Shown: positions 35,796-46,507, numbered from the stretch's first letter. The stretch is 64,000 bases of DNA from Spirochaetia bacterium (GCA_963692905.1 OY843583.1:1407883-1471882), one strand, 5' to 3'. Notes: generated by a model not told the origin, from the sequence alone. Made by a program: numbers and translations.

Positions 35796-36425
35796 ATGAG
35801 GGTAACAATCATAGATTCTAGGTCGGGGAATAGCCGAAGTGTGCAACTGGCCCTCCGGGCATTGGATATCCCCTCCATTACCACCTCTAAACCCTCTGAT
35901 ATTCTCCGTGCGGGCGCTCTTATCTTTCCCGGAGTGGGCAATATACAGAGCGTGAAGCGCCAGTTGGAGGGGGAGGGACTAATAGCGGCCCTGTTAGACT
36001 ATATCAAACGACAGCGGCATCTTTTAGCGATATGTGTGGGCGCGCAACTGCTGTTGGAGCGTTCTGAAGAATGTAACACTAAGGGATTAGGTATTCTTAA
36101 GGGATTGTCTCGCCTATTTCCATCCACTCCCGGCTACAAGGTGCCTCAGATGGGTTGGAATCAGGTTCATTATCGCGCCGGCAGCCCTCTTTTTGCCGCT
36201 ATTCCCCAGGGCAGCCCCTTCTATTTTGTGCATTCATATTATACCGATCCCTATAGGAGGTCGGAGCACATAGCATGGTGCAATTACAATGTGCGCTTTC
36301 CAGCCACTTTTGGAAAGGGAGAACTCTTTGCAGTACAGTTCCATCCCGAACGCTCGGGAAGGCATGGTCTGCAACTGCTAAATAACTTTGTACGTATTGC
36401 GCTTCGAGCATATCGCCGATGCTAA
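35796..36425 (+). CDS. hisH: Imidazole glycerol phosphate synthase, glutaminase subunit
   Basis: Class I GATase triad region (LAICVGAQLL, HSYY, QFHPERS). Confidence 0.88.
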   Translation: MRVTIIDSRSGNSRSVQLALRALDIPSITTSKPSDILRAGALIFPGVGNIQSVKRQLEGEGLIAALLDYIKRQRHLLAICVGAQLLLERSEECNTKGLGILKGLSRLFPSTPGYKVPQMGWNQVHYRAGSPLFAAIPQGSPFYFVHSYYTDPYRRSEHIAWCNYNVRFPATFGKGELFAVQFHPERSGRHGLQLLNNFVRIALRAYRRC

Positions 36426-37192
36426 GCAAACGGCTTATTGTCTGTCTAGATGTACGGGATGGAAAAACTACCAAAGGCATCCGTTTTGCCGACAACATTG
36501 ATGTAGGAGATCCGGTAGCAATGGCTAAGCAGTATTCTCTATTGGGAGCAGACGAGTTAGTCTTTTATGACATCACCGCCAGTGCCGAGGGGCGCTCTAT
36601 TATGCTGGAAACGGTAAGAAAGGTGGCTGAGCAGATATTTATCCCCTTTAGTGTAGGAGGGGGCATCGCCACCATTGAAGAGATGCGCGCCGTATTGCTC
36701 TCTGGGGCTGAAAAAATAAGTATTAACAGTCAGGCGGTAGCCGACCCCTCGCTTATTCGCAAAGGTGCGCAACACTTTGGATCGCAGTGTATAGTAATTG
36801 GTATGGATGTGCTGCGAGCCGCTGCCATGCCCTCTGGCTATCAAGTGGTAACCCATGGAGGAAGAACGCCCACCAAATGGGATGCACTTCAGTGGGCAGG
36901 ACAGGTAGAGCAGTTGGGCGCCGGAGAGATAGTGCTTAACTCTATAGATGCCGATGGCACCCAGAAGGGCTATGAACTTACTGTTACGAAGATGATAAGC
37001 GAAGCGCTCTCCATTCCAGTGGTGGCCTCTGGTGGAGCGGGCAATCCAGCACATATCGTAGAGGTGTTCTCTGCCGCGCATGCCGATGCGGCCCTCATTG
37101 CCTCGATCGTTCACTATGGAAGCTATTCTATTGCTGAGATAAAGCAGGCCATGCTCCAGGCGGGAATCAGTACCCGCCCTATAGGCGCCTAA
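36419..37192 (+). CDS. hisF: Imidazole glycerol phosphate synthase, cyclase subunit
   Basis: RLIVCLDV, TVGGGI-like SVGGGI and ASGGAG phosphate-binding motifs. Confidence 0.92.
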   Translation: MLSKRLIVCLDVRDGKTTKGIRFADNIDVGDPVAMAKQYSLLGADELVFYDITASAEGRSIMLETVRKVAEQIFIPFSVGGGIATIEEMRAVLLSGAEKISINSQAVADPSLIRKGAQHFGSQCIVIGMDVLRAAAMPSGYQVVTHGGRTPTKWDALQWAGQVEQLGAGEIVLNSIDADGTQKGYELTVTKMISEALSIPVVASGGAGNPAHIVEVFSAAHADAALIASIVHYGSYSIAEIKQAMLQAGISTRPIGA

Positions 37193-37304
37193 CCTGGGCT
37201 ACGATGCAGATTAAGGGGTTGGAGCACCGGGTTGGGTGGCGCATAAGATGGAGAATTAGCATATATAATGTTGAATAGTTAAGCAAAATGTAATATAATA
37301 AATC

Positions 37305-37457
37305 ATGGATGTGTTATGGATTAAATATGATATGAAATGTGCTGCGTATTTTCTTATAAAAAGATCAGCAGAGATTGTAACTTCTTTATATGCTAGCAAC
37401 ACTATGGATATAGAGGAAGCTAGAGATAAAATACAGGAAAATAATAGGAGATATTAA
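37305..37457 (+). CDS. Possible 50-aa leaderless small ORF coupled (TAATG) to the metzincin gene
   Basis: TTGAAT(37271)-17-TATAAT(37294), then 5 nt, then ATG. The stop overlaps the ATG at 37457. No homology recognised. Confidence 0.25.
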   Translation: MDVLWIKYDMKCAAYFLIKRSAEIVTSLYASNTMDIEEARDKIQENNRRY

Positions 37458-38593
37458 TGAAGAAGTGGTTTTTATTGACATTGTTAGTTACAGTAATGTT
37501 GCTAATAATAGGATGCAGTGCTGGGGATGTGAACTTTCGCTATTCTGTTGATGCAAATAATCGTTGTTTTAATCGGGAAATTGTTCCTCTTATCGAGAAT
37601 CCCAGAGCTGGTGCACTGGGGATTAGTAATACAGCAGTAAAAGAGCTTGTTGTAGCAACCTGGGAGCTGGAGGATGTAGTGTGTAGCCCCAATGACACAC
37701 GGGATCCATATTTAATGTGGATACATTTCACTTCTGAATGCCGCGGGAGTGGTTATGCAATACCGACGCGTTTTCATTATAGAGGAGAGCAAAAGTGGGG
37801 GTGTGCTATGGATGTAGGGAGTCCGCAGTATTTCGTAGATTCTCTTACTTCGGGTATATTAATGCATGAGATAGGACATTGTTTGGGTCTTAGGCATCCC
37901 TCAAAGACTACCTTTAGAGAGCCCGGTAAAGATGTTTATTACCGAGCTAATCATCCAGCATGGACAACGGCCTGGGATGGTACCCCGGATAGTGGGGGCA
38001 CTGGAAATAATCAATATCGTCCGGTTATGGATGGATTAATAAATGATAATTGGAAACCTACCAAATGGGAACTAGATGCGGTTAAGGCTATTTGGTTGGA
38101 TAGAAGCTTAGTAGATGATACTCTTGAGAGACATAATACTATTCGTGGATTCTTAATTCAAGCAGCATTATATGATGAAGGTGAGAGTGCTGTGAATTGG
38201 GGAGCGAGTAGTGCTAGTGCTAATTTCAGTGCAGAAAATCGGATAGTCAATAGCATTGCGCTTCATGACGGTTTAATGCTGGCGCGGCCAGAGATTTTTG
38301 ATGGAGACAATGCAACACTTAATGGTATAGTAAAAAACACTAAGGCAGCTACCATAGCTGCTTTAAGGGCTCCCGATGCGTCGCAAGATGTAGCAAGTAC
38401 TAGATTTAATTTTTATTTTTCGCCAGGTGAGAAATGTGTTCTTTTACAGGTGGGGAGAAATACGGTGTTTGAGAATGGGGGTGTATTTGAACCACCCCGT
38501 TCCGCAGCTATCGTTTCAAATAGTGTTTTAAGCAGTGCTTATAGAGTGACCTTTGAAGATGAAGGGATTGTTTGCAATGAGGTGAAAGAATGA
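37457..38593 (+). CDS. Metzincin-type zinc metalloprotease lipoprotein
   Basis: Lipobox LIIGCS. Zinc site MHEIGHCLGLRHP (HExxHxxGxxH). Possible Met-turn RPVMDG. Confidence 0.7.
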   Translation: MKKWFLLTLLVTVMLLIIGCSAGDVNFRYSVDANNRCFNREIVPLIENPRAGALGISNTAVKELVVATWELEDVVCSPNDTRDPYLMWIHFTSECRGSGYAIPTRFHYRGEQKWGCAMDVGSPQYFVDSLTSGILMHEIGHCLGLRHPSKTTFREPGKDVYYRANHPAWTTAWDGTPDSGGTGNNQYRPVMDGLINDNWKPTKWELDAVKAIWLDRSLVDDTLERHNTIRGFLIQAALYDEGESAVNWGASSASANFSAENRIVNSIALHDGLMLARPEIFDGDNATLNGIVKNTKAATIAALRAPDASQDVASTRFNFYFSPGEKCVLLQVGRNTVFENGGVFEPPRSAAIVSNSVLSSAYRVTFEDEGIVCNEVKE

Positions 38594-39222
38594 AAAGATT
38601 AATTGTACTGCTAGGTTTAATCCTAGTGTGTGGGAGTGCCTATACAAGTCCACTATTTTTAAGAGTATATGGCACTATAACACCTTATTCTGTAAGTCAG
38701 CCAATTTCAATTTTGGATGATTTTGGTTTTTCGCGTATTCAGCTAGAGCCGGGACTCTCAGGAAGCGCTGGGCTAGAGCTTGAATGGGTGCTCCCGATTG
38801 AAAGTGATTTAGGTATCTCTCTCTTACTGGGTGGTAAGTATATATTTCCTAAGAGATATGGGGGGGCAGAATATAGTTATATACCAGTATTTCTGGGTAG
38901 CAAGGTTTCGGTTCGGATATTGCCTGATTACCCCTGGTCGCTATATTTGATAGCTAGAGCCGGATATAATGTCTTTCTGCCTGATGCTCAGTATAATGAG
39001 CGGGTATTTAGTTTTCGCGGTTTAGAGCAGGTAGGAGGATTTTATGTGAATGGTGGGATTGGTAGCGAAGTATTGCTCTGGGGACCTATATCCCTTTTGC
39101 TGGAGGTGGGCTATGAGGGTTCATGGGTAAGTACTAGTCCCGCATTTATTATTCTTGGCGAGACCAAAGAGGTGTATGAGGGGCGTCTGGATATCCTTAT
39201 AGGAGTAAGTATCGATTTATGA
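38590..39222 (+). CDS. Small outer-membrane beta-barrel-like protein
   Basis: Signal peptide, then alternating hydrophobic/aromatic beta-strand pattern with Gly-rich turns. ATGA overlap with the upstream gene. Confidence 0.5.
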   Translation: MKRLIVLLGLILVCGSAYTSPLFLRVYGTITPYSVSQPISILDDFGFSRIQLEPGLSGSAGLELEWVLPIESDLGISLLLGGKYIFPKRYGGAEYSYIPVFLGSKVSVRILPDYPWSLYLIARAGYNVFLPDAQYNERVFSFRGLEQVGGFYVNGGIGSEVLLWGPISLLLEVGYEGSWVSTSPAFIILGETKEVYEGRLDILIGVSIDL

Positions 39223-39491
39223 AATTCGCAGGTATATTATTACTGTTGAATGTTATTTTTCTAGCAGCCTGTGGCGATATATTAACTCGGTGCCCGGCTA
39301 TTGGTACCAATATAGCTACCACACAATATGTGAAGAGAAGCCGTGTACTGTGTTATTATGTATATGGAGATCTTACCTGTCCAGATTTTAATGGATGGAC
39401 AAAAAATCAGAGAAATAATGTTGCTTCAAGTAATACAAATAATACCCTTAATAGAACTATTGGTACGTGGTGCGAGTATAGTAGACAATAA
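39219..39491 (+). CDS. Small Cys-rich lipoprotein
   Basis: Lipobox FLAAC, five further Cys residues, ATGA overlap with the upstream gene. Confidence 0.5.
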   Translation: MKFAGILLLLNVIFLAACGDILTRCPAIGTNIATTQYVKRSRVLCYYVYGDLTCPDFNGWTKNQRNNVASSNTNNTLNRTIGTWCEYSRQ

Positions 39492-39569
39492 GCCCTTTTG
39501 ATACAGCGATCAAAATAAGGTTAAATCATCAAGGTTAAAACATAAAGAGAAACAATAAAGAGCAATTTT

Positions 39570-40334
39570 ATGAAGGTACGATTGGAAATCGCCCGCTATG
39601 ATCCATCTCGCCCAGACCCCTCATGGAGAGATACATTTGAGGTGGAGGTGGAGGGCACTGATCGGGTGCTGGATGCGCTCTTAATAGTTGCCCGCAACCA
39701 GGATAAGAGTTTGGCCTTCCGCCGTAGCTGTGCCCACGGTGTCTGCGGTTCAGATGCCATGCGCATCAATGATAAGGAGCGTTTGGCCTGTAAGACCCTT
39801 ATCCAAGATGTAATAGAAAAGAGCGGCGATACCATAACCATAGAGCCTTTACGGCATCTCCCAGTGACACGTGATTTAGTAGTAGATCAAGAGCCATTTT
39901 TCAAAAAATACAGATCTGTTACTCCCTATCTTCAACCCTCCCAACCGGCGCCACCTAAGGGCGAATATATCCAATCACCAGAGGATCGGGCACTCTATGA
40001 TGAGGCTACCAAATGTATTAACTGCTCAGCCTGCTATTCGGCCTGCCCGGTACTAAAGAAGAATCCTAATTTCCTAGGACCGGCGGCGCTAGTACAGGCT
40101 TCACGTTTCGTCTTTGATAGCCGTGATGGCGGCCTAGAAAAGCGATTGGATATTCTGGATCAGAAAGATGGGGTCTGGCCCTGTGAAAATCACTTTGAAT
40201 GTACTCGTGTATGTCCCCGAGAGATTAAGGTAACCAAACTCATCAATCTCACCAAGCGGGAGATCAAACGCTATCGCAAGAAACGCGGCGAAGAGACCGC
40301 TGAAGCAGCAAACAATTCCAGTGATAACCAATAA
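39570..40334 (+). CDS. sdhB: Succinate dehydrogenase/fumarate reductase iron-sulfur subunit
   Basis: 2Fe-2S CAHGVCGSDAM...C, 4Fe-4S CINCSACYSACP, 3Fe-4S CENHFECTRVCP. Confidence 0.9.
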   Translation: MKVRLEIARYDPSRPDPSWRDTFEVEVEGTDRVLDALLIVARNQDKSLAFRRSCAHGVCGSDAMRINDKERLACKTLIQDVIEKSGDTITIEPLRHLPVTRDLVVDQEPFFKKYRSVTPYLQPSQPAPPKGEYIQSPEDRALYDEATKCINCSACYSACPVLKKNPNFLGPAALVQASRFVFDSRDGGLEKRLDILDQKDGVWPCENHFECTRVCPREIKVTKLINLTKREIKRYRKKRGEETAEAANNSSDNQ

Positions 40335-40339
40335 CATTT

Positions 40340-41464
40340 ATGAAACTGCATGAGTACCAAGCCAAACAGCTACTAAAGAAATATTCTATTCCGGTACCCT
40401 CGCAGAGAATAGTAGAGAGCGCCTCGGAGGCCGGCCAAGTAGCACAGGCTATTGAGCAGTCGGTAGTAATTAAGGCGCAAGTACTGAGTGGCGGTCGAGG
40501 AAAGGCCGGTGGGGTAAAAATAGCCAATAATCCCACCGAAGCCCAAAAGATGGCAGCTGAGATGCTGGCTCTTACTATTAAAGAATTTTCAGTAGAAAAA
40601 CTCTTAGTCTCGCCCGCCTCTACTATTGTGCATGAGTATTATGCAGCAATCACCTTGGAGCGTACTACTAAACGGCCGGTGCTCATTATGTGTGCCGAAG
40701 GGGGCATAGAGATTGAGCAGCTGGCTCAAGAGCGCCCATCGGCCATTGTAAAAATTGATATTGATCCCCTCAAGGGACTAGATAGCGATCTGCTTATGCA
40801 GCATATTAATGCCATATTCCAAGGTGAACGAATTATCACTCAAGCCAAACAGATTATCACTCGTCTCTATTATCTCTTCTTAGAAATTGACTGTTCGCTG
40901 GTAGAGATTAACCCCCTAGCAGAGATCGAGTCGCAGCGATTAGTGGCTTTGGATGCTAAAATTGTTCTGGATGATAATGGGCTATACAAACATAAGGAGC
41001 TAGAAAAGTTACGTAATAGCGAAGAGTATAGTCCCTATGAATTAGAGGCGCGTACCTATGGGCTTAGCTTTATCAGCTTAGATGGCGACATAGGTTGTGT
41101 GGTAAATGGCGCCGGACTAGCGATGGCCACTATGGATCTTATTAAGCATTTTGGAGGGATGCCCGCCAATTTTCTAGATGTAGGGGGTAGCTCCAATCCC
41201 CAAAAGGTACTTCACGCACTACGTATAATCTGCGCCCATTCCAATGTGCGCGTTATCCTTATTAACATATTTGGCGGTATAACCCGCTGTGATGATATTG
41301 CCAATGGTATAGTGATGGCTGAGAAACAGCTACGCCACTCTCTCCCTATGGTTATTCGTCTTATTGGCACCAACGATGAAAAGGGAAGAGCAATACTGAC
41401 CGAAGCCGGTTATCAGGTGGCTGAGCAACTTAATGAGGCGGTGCAGAAGGTGGTAGCCCTATGA
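40340..41464 (+). CDS. sucC: Succinyl-CoA synthetase beta subunit
   Basis: [15 protein letters not shown]-grasp N-terminus and GGITRCD motif. Confidence 0.93.
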   Translation: MKLHEYQAKQLLKKYSIPVPSQRIVESASEAGQVAQAIEQSVVIKAQVLSGGRGKAGGVKIANNPTEAQKMAAEMLALTIKEFSVEKLLVSPASTIVHEYYAAITLERTTKRPVLIMCAEGGIEIEQLAQERPSAIVKIDIDPLKGLDSDLLMQHINAIFQGERIITQAKQIITRLYYLFLEIDCSLVEINPLAEIESQRLVALDAKIVLDDNGLYKHKELEKLRNSEEYSPYELEARTYGLSFISLDGDIGCVVNGAGLAMATMDLIKHFGGMPANFLDVGGSSNPQKVLHALRIICAHSNVRVILINIFGGITRCDDIANGIVMAEKQLRHSLPMVIRLIGTNDEKGRAILTEAGYQVAEQLNEAVQKVVAL

Positions 41465-42327
41465 GCATACTGATTAATGATTCTTCGCAGGTAATTGTGC
41501 AGGGTATTACGGGGCGTGATGGCGCTTTTCATGCTCGGGCCATGCTCAAGGATGGTACTAAAATTATTGGCGGGGTAACCCCCGGTAAAGGGGGCACTAG
41601 CGTTGATCAGTTACCGGTCTTTAATACGGTGGCAGATCTACAGCGAGAACATCGGGTAGATGCTAGTATTATCTTTGTGCCAGCGCCCTTTGCTGCTGGT
41701 GCAATGCGCGAGGCTATAGATAGTAATATACCGCTTATTGTCTGTATTACTGAGGGTATTCCGACCTTGGAGATGGCCGAAATCTATCATTATGCCCGTC
41801 GTCAAGGAGTGCGGCTTATTGGCCCCAATTGTCCTGGTCTTATTACGCCGGGGCAATGCAAGATAGGCATTATGCCGGCTCGTATTCATACCCCCGGCCC
41901 GGTGGGTGTGCTATCGCGCAGTGGTACCCTTACCTATGAGGTGGTTTATAGTCTTACCCGCGCCGGTATAGGGCAATCCACCTGCATCGGTATTGGTGGC
42001 GACCCTATAGTGGGAAGCAACTTTATTGATCTCTTAGAACTTTTTGAGACCGATCCCGAGACTAAGGCGGTGGTGCTAATAGGTGAGATAGGTGGAGACG
42101 ATGAGGAGCGGGCTGCCGAGTATATTTCTCGCTCTATTAGTATGCCGGTGGTCTCTTTTATTTCGGGGCGTACTGCTCCCGAGGGAAAGCGTATGGGGCA
42201 TGCCGGCGCTATCATATCCGGCGGACAGGGTACCGCGCAAGCTAAGGTAGAGGCAATGAGCGCCGCCTCTATTCCGGTGGCAGATACCCCAGAAGAGATA
42301 GCCGGACTTATTGCTAATCGGCTATAG
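41461..42327 (+). CDS. sucD: Succinyl-CoA synthetase alpha subunit
   Basis: [20 protein letters not shown], and MGHAGAI with the phospho-His. Confidence 0.93.
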   Translation: MSILINDSSQVIVQGITGRDGAFHARAMLKDGTKIIGGVTPGKGGTSVDQLPVFNTVADLQREHRVDASIIFVPAPFAAGAMREAIDSNIPLIVCITEGIPTLEMAEIYHYARRQGVRLIGPNCPGLITPGQCKIGIMPARIHTPGPVGVLSRSGTLTYEVVYSLTRAGIGQSTCIGIGGDPIVGSNFIDLLELFETDPETKAVVLIGEIGGDDEERAAEYISRSISMPVVSFISGRTAPEGKRMGHAGAIISGGQGTAQAKVEAMSAASIPVADTPEEIAGLIANRL

Positions 42328-42380
42328 CGAAGTACACTATATGGTAAGATTCGGAGAGAGAGAGAGAGGAGGGATAACAG

Positions 42381-45227
42381 ATGGATAACATTGCCTACCT
42401 AGAGGAGCTATACCTGAAATGGAAGAAGAAAAGGGATTCGGTTGATGCCCAATGGGATCATCTCTTTGGAGGTAACATTTCTGCGTTGTATAAGAATGGT
42501 ATAATAATTAAAACAGCTAAAACGTCTGTAGCGCCAACCTTACCTTCAGCCAATGGTCTAGCAGCTACCTCATTAAGCGCCCCTACCGATAACCGGAGTC
42601 CTAGCGAAGACTATCAATCGATTTTGCAAAGTAAGGTAGAGCGAATGATCTGGGCCTATCGCTATCAGGGGTATCTCTACGCCGACCTTAATCCATTGGG
42701 GAATTATATTACTCCCGATTTGAAGTATATCTTCCATACTATTGAGGGGCTGGGTAACCGCTTAGATGCATCTCAGTTTGGCATTGGCAAGGAGGATATG
42801 GATCGAGATGTCTCTACTGGAGATTATATTAAGCCCTCTACTATGCGGGTGAGCGATCTCATAGCATATCTGAAGAGAATTTACTGCACCACCATGGGGA
42901 TAGAGACGCTTCACATACGAAACAAGACTGTACGCCGCTGGATAATTAGTAAAATTGAGAGGATTCAGTATGATTCTGAATGGAGTAAGCCGCAACGTAT
43001 TCGTTTTCAAAAGGATTTGATTAAGGCGGAAGAGTTTGAACGCTTTATACATGCTAATTTTATTGGTCAGAAACGGTTTTCGCTAGAGGGCGGCGAAGTG
43101 CTTATTCCGGCGTTGCGCTATTTGGTAGATAGCTCTCCCACCTATGGTATAGAAGAGATCGTATTGGGAATGGCTCACCGGGGGCGACTTAATGTATTTA
43201 CTAATGCGCTGCGTAAACCATGCTCCGATACTATTGCCGACTTTTTAGGGAGCTATCAACCCTATATCTATGGCGGAAGCGGTGATGTAAAGTATCATCT
43301 AGGACACAGCTTTGAGATAGAGCTGGCTGAGGGCAAAAAGATGCATGTAAGTTTGGTAGCTAACCCCAGCCATTTAGAGGCCGTTAATCCAGTGGTAGAG
43401 GGAAAGTGCCGAGGTATACAGCGCCGACGGGGCGATAAACATCGCAAACGGGTGGTGCCGGTGCTTATTCATGGTGATGCCTCCTTTTCAGGTCAAGGAA
43501 TAGTTACTGAAACCTTCAATCTATCACTTTTGCGTGGCTACCGCACCGGGGGCACCATTCACATTATCCTAAATAACCAGATTGGTTTTACAACCGCCTC
43601 GCGGGATTCCCGCTCTACTTTTTTCCCTAGCGACTTGGCCAAAATACTGCCCATACCGATTATCCATGTTAATGGAGATGATCCAGAGGCTACCGCACGC
43701 GCAGTGGCCTTAGCGCTTAGCTATCGGCAGAAATTCAGCTTTGATGTGGTGATCGATATCATCTGCTACCGACGTTTGGGGCACAATGAGGCAGATGAGC
43801 CCTCCTACACCCATCCCCTTATGTATAGACTTATAAAAAATCACCAAACCGTGCGACAATGCTATGGTCAAAAACTAATCGATGATGACACCTTTCCATC
43901 GGAGGAGCAAAAAGCCTTTAATGCACAGTATGTAACGGTGCTTAAGGAGGAGATGCATAAGGTTAAGAAGGGGTATAAGCCCTCTCTCAATAATGCCTTT
44001 CAGAGCAGAGAATGGCGGAATTTTAAGTCGGAATACTCCTTTGCGCCGGCAGCAACCTCAGTGGATCGCCAGAGCGTTGAGAAGGTAGCTGCCGCGCTCT
44101 GCCGTATTCCTGAAAATTTTGCGCTCCATCCCAAGATAACGCGCATCATTAATGATCGTGCTACTGTAATTGCCAATGAGGGAGGAATGGATTGGGCTTT
44201 TGCAGAGTCGCTGGCCTTCGGGACTCTGTTGCTAGAGAACTATGCTATTCGTCTTAGTGGTGAAGACTCGGCACGGGGAACATTCTCACAGCGACATGCC
44301 GTATGGTGGGATACCAAATCTCAAATCCCCAAAATGTACATTCCACTACAGCACATTGCGGAGCAACAGGCCGATTTTTCAGTCTATGATAGTCCGCTCT
44401 CCGAGTTTTCGGTGCTGGGCTTTGATTACGGCTATTCGTTGGCACAGCCCAATATTTTGGTACTGTGGGAGGCACAATTTGGCGACTTTGTGAATGGGGC
44501 GCAGGTTATTATTGACCAGTTTGTTGCCGCTGCGCAGACCAAATGGTATCGTAGTAGCGGATTGGTTATGCTGCTTCCCCATGGTTATGAGGGACAGGGA
44601 CCAGAGCATTCCAGCGCGCATTTAGAGCGGTTCCTGCAGCTGTGCGCCGAGGATAACCTACAGGTAGTTAACCCATCCACCCCCGCTCAGTATTTTCATC
44701 TTCTTCGGCGGCAGATGAAGCAGAACTTTCGTAAGCCGCTAATAGTGATGACTCCCAAGAGTCATCTCCGCTCTCAAGAATGTCGCTCCACGCTAGCCGA
44801 TCTCACCGAGGGGGGCTTCCAATTGCTTTTGGATGATACTGACTGCAATCCTTCAGTGGTGCGGCGCATTCTTATTGCCTCGGGACATCATTATTACACC
44901 TTACAGAAAGAGCGTCTCAAGCAAAAGATTAATGATATAGCCATCATCCGTCTGGAACAATACTATCCCTTTCCGCGTCAGCAGTTGAACAACCTTTTAC
45001 GGCGTTATCCCACTAATGCCACGGTGATTTATTGTCAAGAGGAATCGTTCAACCGGGGCGGCTATGGCTTTGTGGCACCCTACATTAATGAGCAGCTTTC
45101 AGAGCTGGGATTCTCGTCACTAAAGGTAGTAGCCCGCCCAATAAGCGCTAGTCCGGCTACCGGTTCCTTCCCACAGCATAGCGAAGAGCTGACCCAAATA
45201 ATAGAGCGAGCCCTGCTTAATACATAG
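42381..45227 (+). CDS. sucA: 2-oxoglutarate dehydrogenase E1 component
   Basis: Size (948 aa), ThDP-binding region (HGDASFSGQG), HGYEGQGPEHSS motif. Confidence 0.9.
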   Translation: MDNIAYLEELYLKWKKKRDSVDAQWDHLFGGNISALYKNGIIIKTAKTSVAPTLPSANGLAATSLSAPTDNRSPSEDYQSILQSKVERMIWAYRYQGYLYADLNPLGNYITPDLKYIFHTIEGLGNRLDASQFGIGKEDMDRDVSTGDYIKPSTMRVSDLIAYLKRIYCTTMGIETLHIRNKTVRRWIISKIERIQYDSEWSKPQRIRFQKDLIKAEEFERFIHANFIGQKRFSLEGGEVLIPALRYLVDSSPTYGIEEIVLGMAHRGRLNVFTNALRKPCSDTIADFLGSYQPYIYGGSGDVKYHLGHSFEIELAEGKKMHVSLVANPSHLEAVNPVVEGKCRGIQRRRGDKHRKRVVPVLIHGDASFSGQGIVTETFNLSLLRGYRTGGTIHIILNNQIGFTTASRDSRSTFFPSDLAKILPIPIIHVNGDDPEATARAVALALSYRQKFSFDVVIDIICYRRLGHNEADEPSYTHPLMYRLIKNHQTVRQCYGQKLIDDDTFPSEEQKAFNAQYVTVLKEEMHKVKKGYKPSLNNAFQSREWRNFKSEYSFAPAATSVDRQSVEKVAAALCRIPENFALHPKITRIINDRATVIANEGGMDWAFAESLAFGTLLLENYAIRLSGEDSARGTFSQRHAVWWDTKSQIPKMYIPLQHIAEQQADFSVYDSPLSEFSVLGFDYGYSLAQPNILVLWEAQFGDFVNGAQVIIDQFVAAAQTKWYRSSGLVMLLPHGYEGQGPEHSSAHLERFLQLCAEDNLQVVNPSTPAQYFHLLRRQMKQNFRKPLIVMTPKSHLRSQECRSTLADLTEGGFQLLLDDTDCNPSVVRRILIASGHHYYTLQKERLKQKINDIAIIRLEQYYPFPRQQLNNLLRRYPTNATVIYCQEESFNRGGYGFVAPYINEQLSELGFSSLKVVARPISASPATGSFPQHSEELTQIIERALLNT

Positions 45228-45292
45228 CTAGCGTTGCATTATCATCTAACAGTAAAGATGCTCCCCATTCCACTGCGGTAGTCTGCTACGGA

Positions 45293-46033
45293 ATGCGCTG
45301 CCTCATCACCAAGAATGCCTTTGGCGCCCCTATCTACTGGCGGGGTCTGGGGAGCTCCACCATGCGCTATGGATGGCGCTTGGTGACCAGCCAGCAATCG
45401 CTAGCCAATGGTACGGCGGTGGCACTGGGTTATCAACTACAGGGACGGGGGCAACAGCAACGGCGATGGTATGCGCCCTGGGGGCAAAGTTTATTGCTAT
45501 CTGTAGTATTCAACGAATCGCCATATGTAATGGCATCGGCGCTCTCGCTCCGGGTTGCATTAGGGGTAGCGCAGATGTTGGAGCATGAATGGCAGATTAG
45601 CCCACAGATAAAATGGCCTAATGACCTACTAGTAAAAGAGCAAAAGATCTGCGGGATTCTTACCGAGATACGAGGGGACAACGCAGTGGTGGGTATAGGT
45701 ATCAACTGCTTAGTAAGGCGTTTTCCGGGCTCCCTGCAGGGGCGTGCTATTTCATTACAACAAATAGTTGGCAATGGTACCTCTCTTCAACCGCGCCGTC
45801 TATTGCCAAAGCTTCTCCGGTATGTTGCCGCAGCAGTTCCCACTGCCAGTTGGCGCAGCGAGGTAGCCGCGCGTCTCTGGCGGCGCAGCAGTTGGGTCAG
45901 CTTCAGTATGAGAGATAGCGCCGGCTCCTCGCGGCTCTATCTTTGTGATATTGCCGCCGATGGCTCTCTAATAACCAAGGATCAAGAGGGAAAAGAGCAT
46001 CATTACTATGCTGGAGAGATAGCGCTATGCTAG
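45293..46033 (+). CDS. birA: Biotin-[acetyl-CoA-carboxylase] ligase (group I, no HTH)
   Basis: GRGQQQRRWYAPWGQSLLLS (GRGRxGRxWxSPxG-like) and KWPNDLL motifs. Exact start uncertain. Confidence 0.75.
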   Translation: MRCLITKNAFGAPIYWRGLGSSTMRYGWRLVTSQQSLANGTAVALGYQLQGRGQQQRRWYAPWGQSLLLSVVFNESPYVMASALSLRVALGVAQMLEHEWQISPQIKWPNDLLVKEQKICGILTEIRGDNAVVGIGINCLVRRFPGSLQGRAISLQQIVGNGTSLQPRRLLPKLLRYVAAAVPTASWRSEVAARLWRRSSWVSFSMRDSAGSSRLYLCDIAADGSLITKDQEGKEHHYYAGEIALC

Positions 46034-46130
46034 CTAACCAAGAGAGGGGGCAATCCAATCACTATTGAAATAAAATAGGCTAGGATTATCCAGCCATCCC
46101 TCAGCTGCTTGTTGGGCTAAAACCGCCGGA

Positions 46131-46335
46131 GTAGACATTCAGCTCTCTCTTTATTTTCCTTCAAAATTCTCCATTTCCTTTGACATATATGCATCCCATA
46201 TGCTATACTTTACCTATGGTAATGTACCAATTGGTTATGTTGCGCTATGCGGAGGGAAGCTATGCTCCTCTCCCCTAGCTATAGTCGCTTAGGCACTTAC
46301 CAAATTTATAATAAATATATGGAGGATATTCAGAG
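46131..46335 (+). promoter_or_regulatory. Shared promoter/leader, copy L2
   Basis: TTGACA-18-TATACT. Conserved leader block with hairpin. RBS GGAGGA before the ATG at 46336. Confidence 0.55.
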
Positions 46336-46418
46336 ATGAAATATCTTAATATAAGTTCTTTCCTTTTGAGAGAGAATGAGAGAGTGAAGGAGCGACTGAG
46401 CACTCGTAAAAACGCTTC

Positions 46419-46442
46419 AGAGAGAGAGAGAGAGAGAGAGAG
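46419..46442 (+). repeat. (AG)12 dinucleotide tract inside the 5' coding extension
   Basis: 24 nt of uninterrupted AG. Confidence 0.95.
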
Positions 46443-46507
46443 TAAGCTCTCTTAATACTTACCAGAGAGAGAACCATGTCTCCCCGCATTCCCCGTTTAA
46501 GGGGAGG

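Noticed and set aside
35591-35941. 116-aa minus-strand ORF upstream of the RM methylase, as a possible controller (C) protein
   Set aside because: Its N-terminal half overlaps hisH antisense, no HTH pattern is visible, and no RBS is evident. It may contain a short real ORF, but this is unsupported.
42354-42368. (GA)7 tract upstream of sucA as another phase-variation switch
   Set aside because: It is short, lies outside coding sequence and sits upstream of the RBS (GGAGGG). It is unlikely to gate expression.
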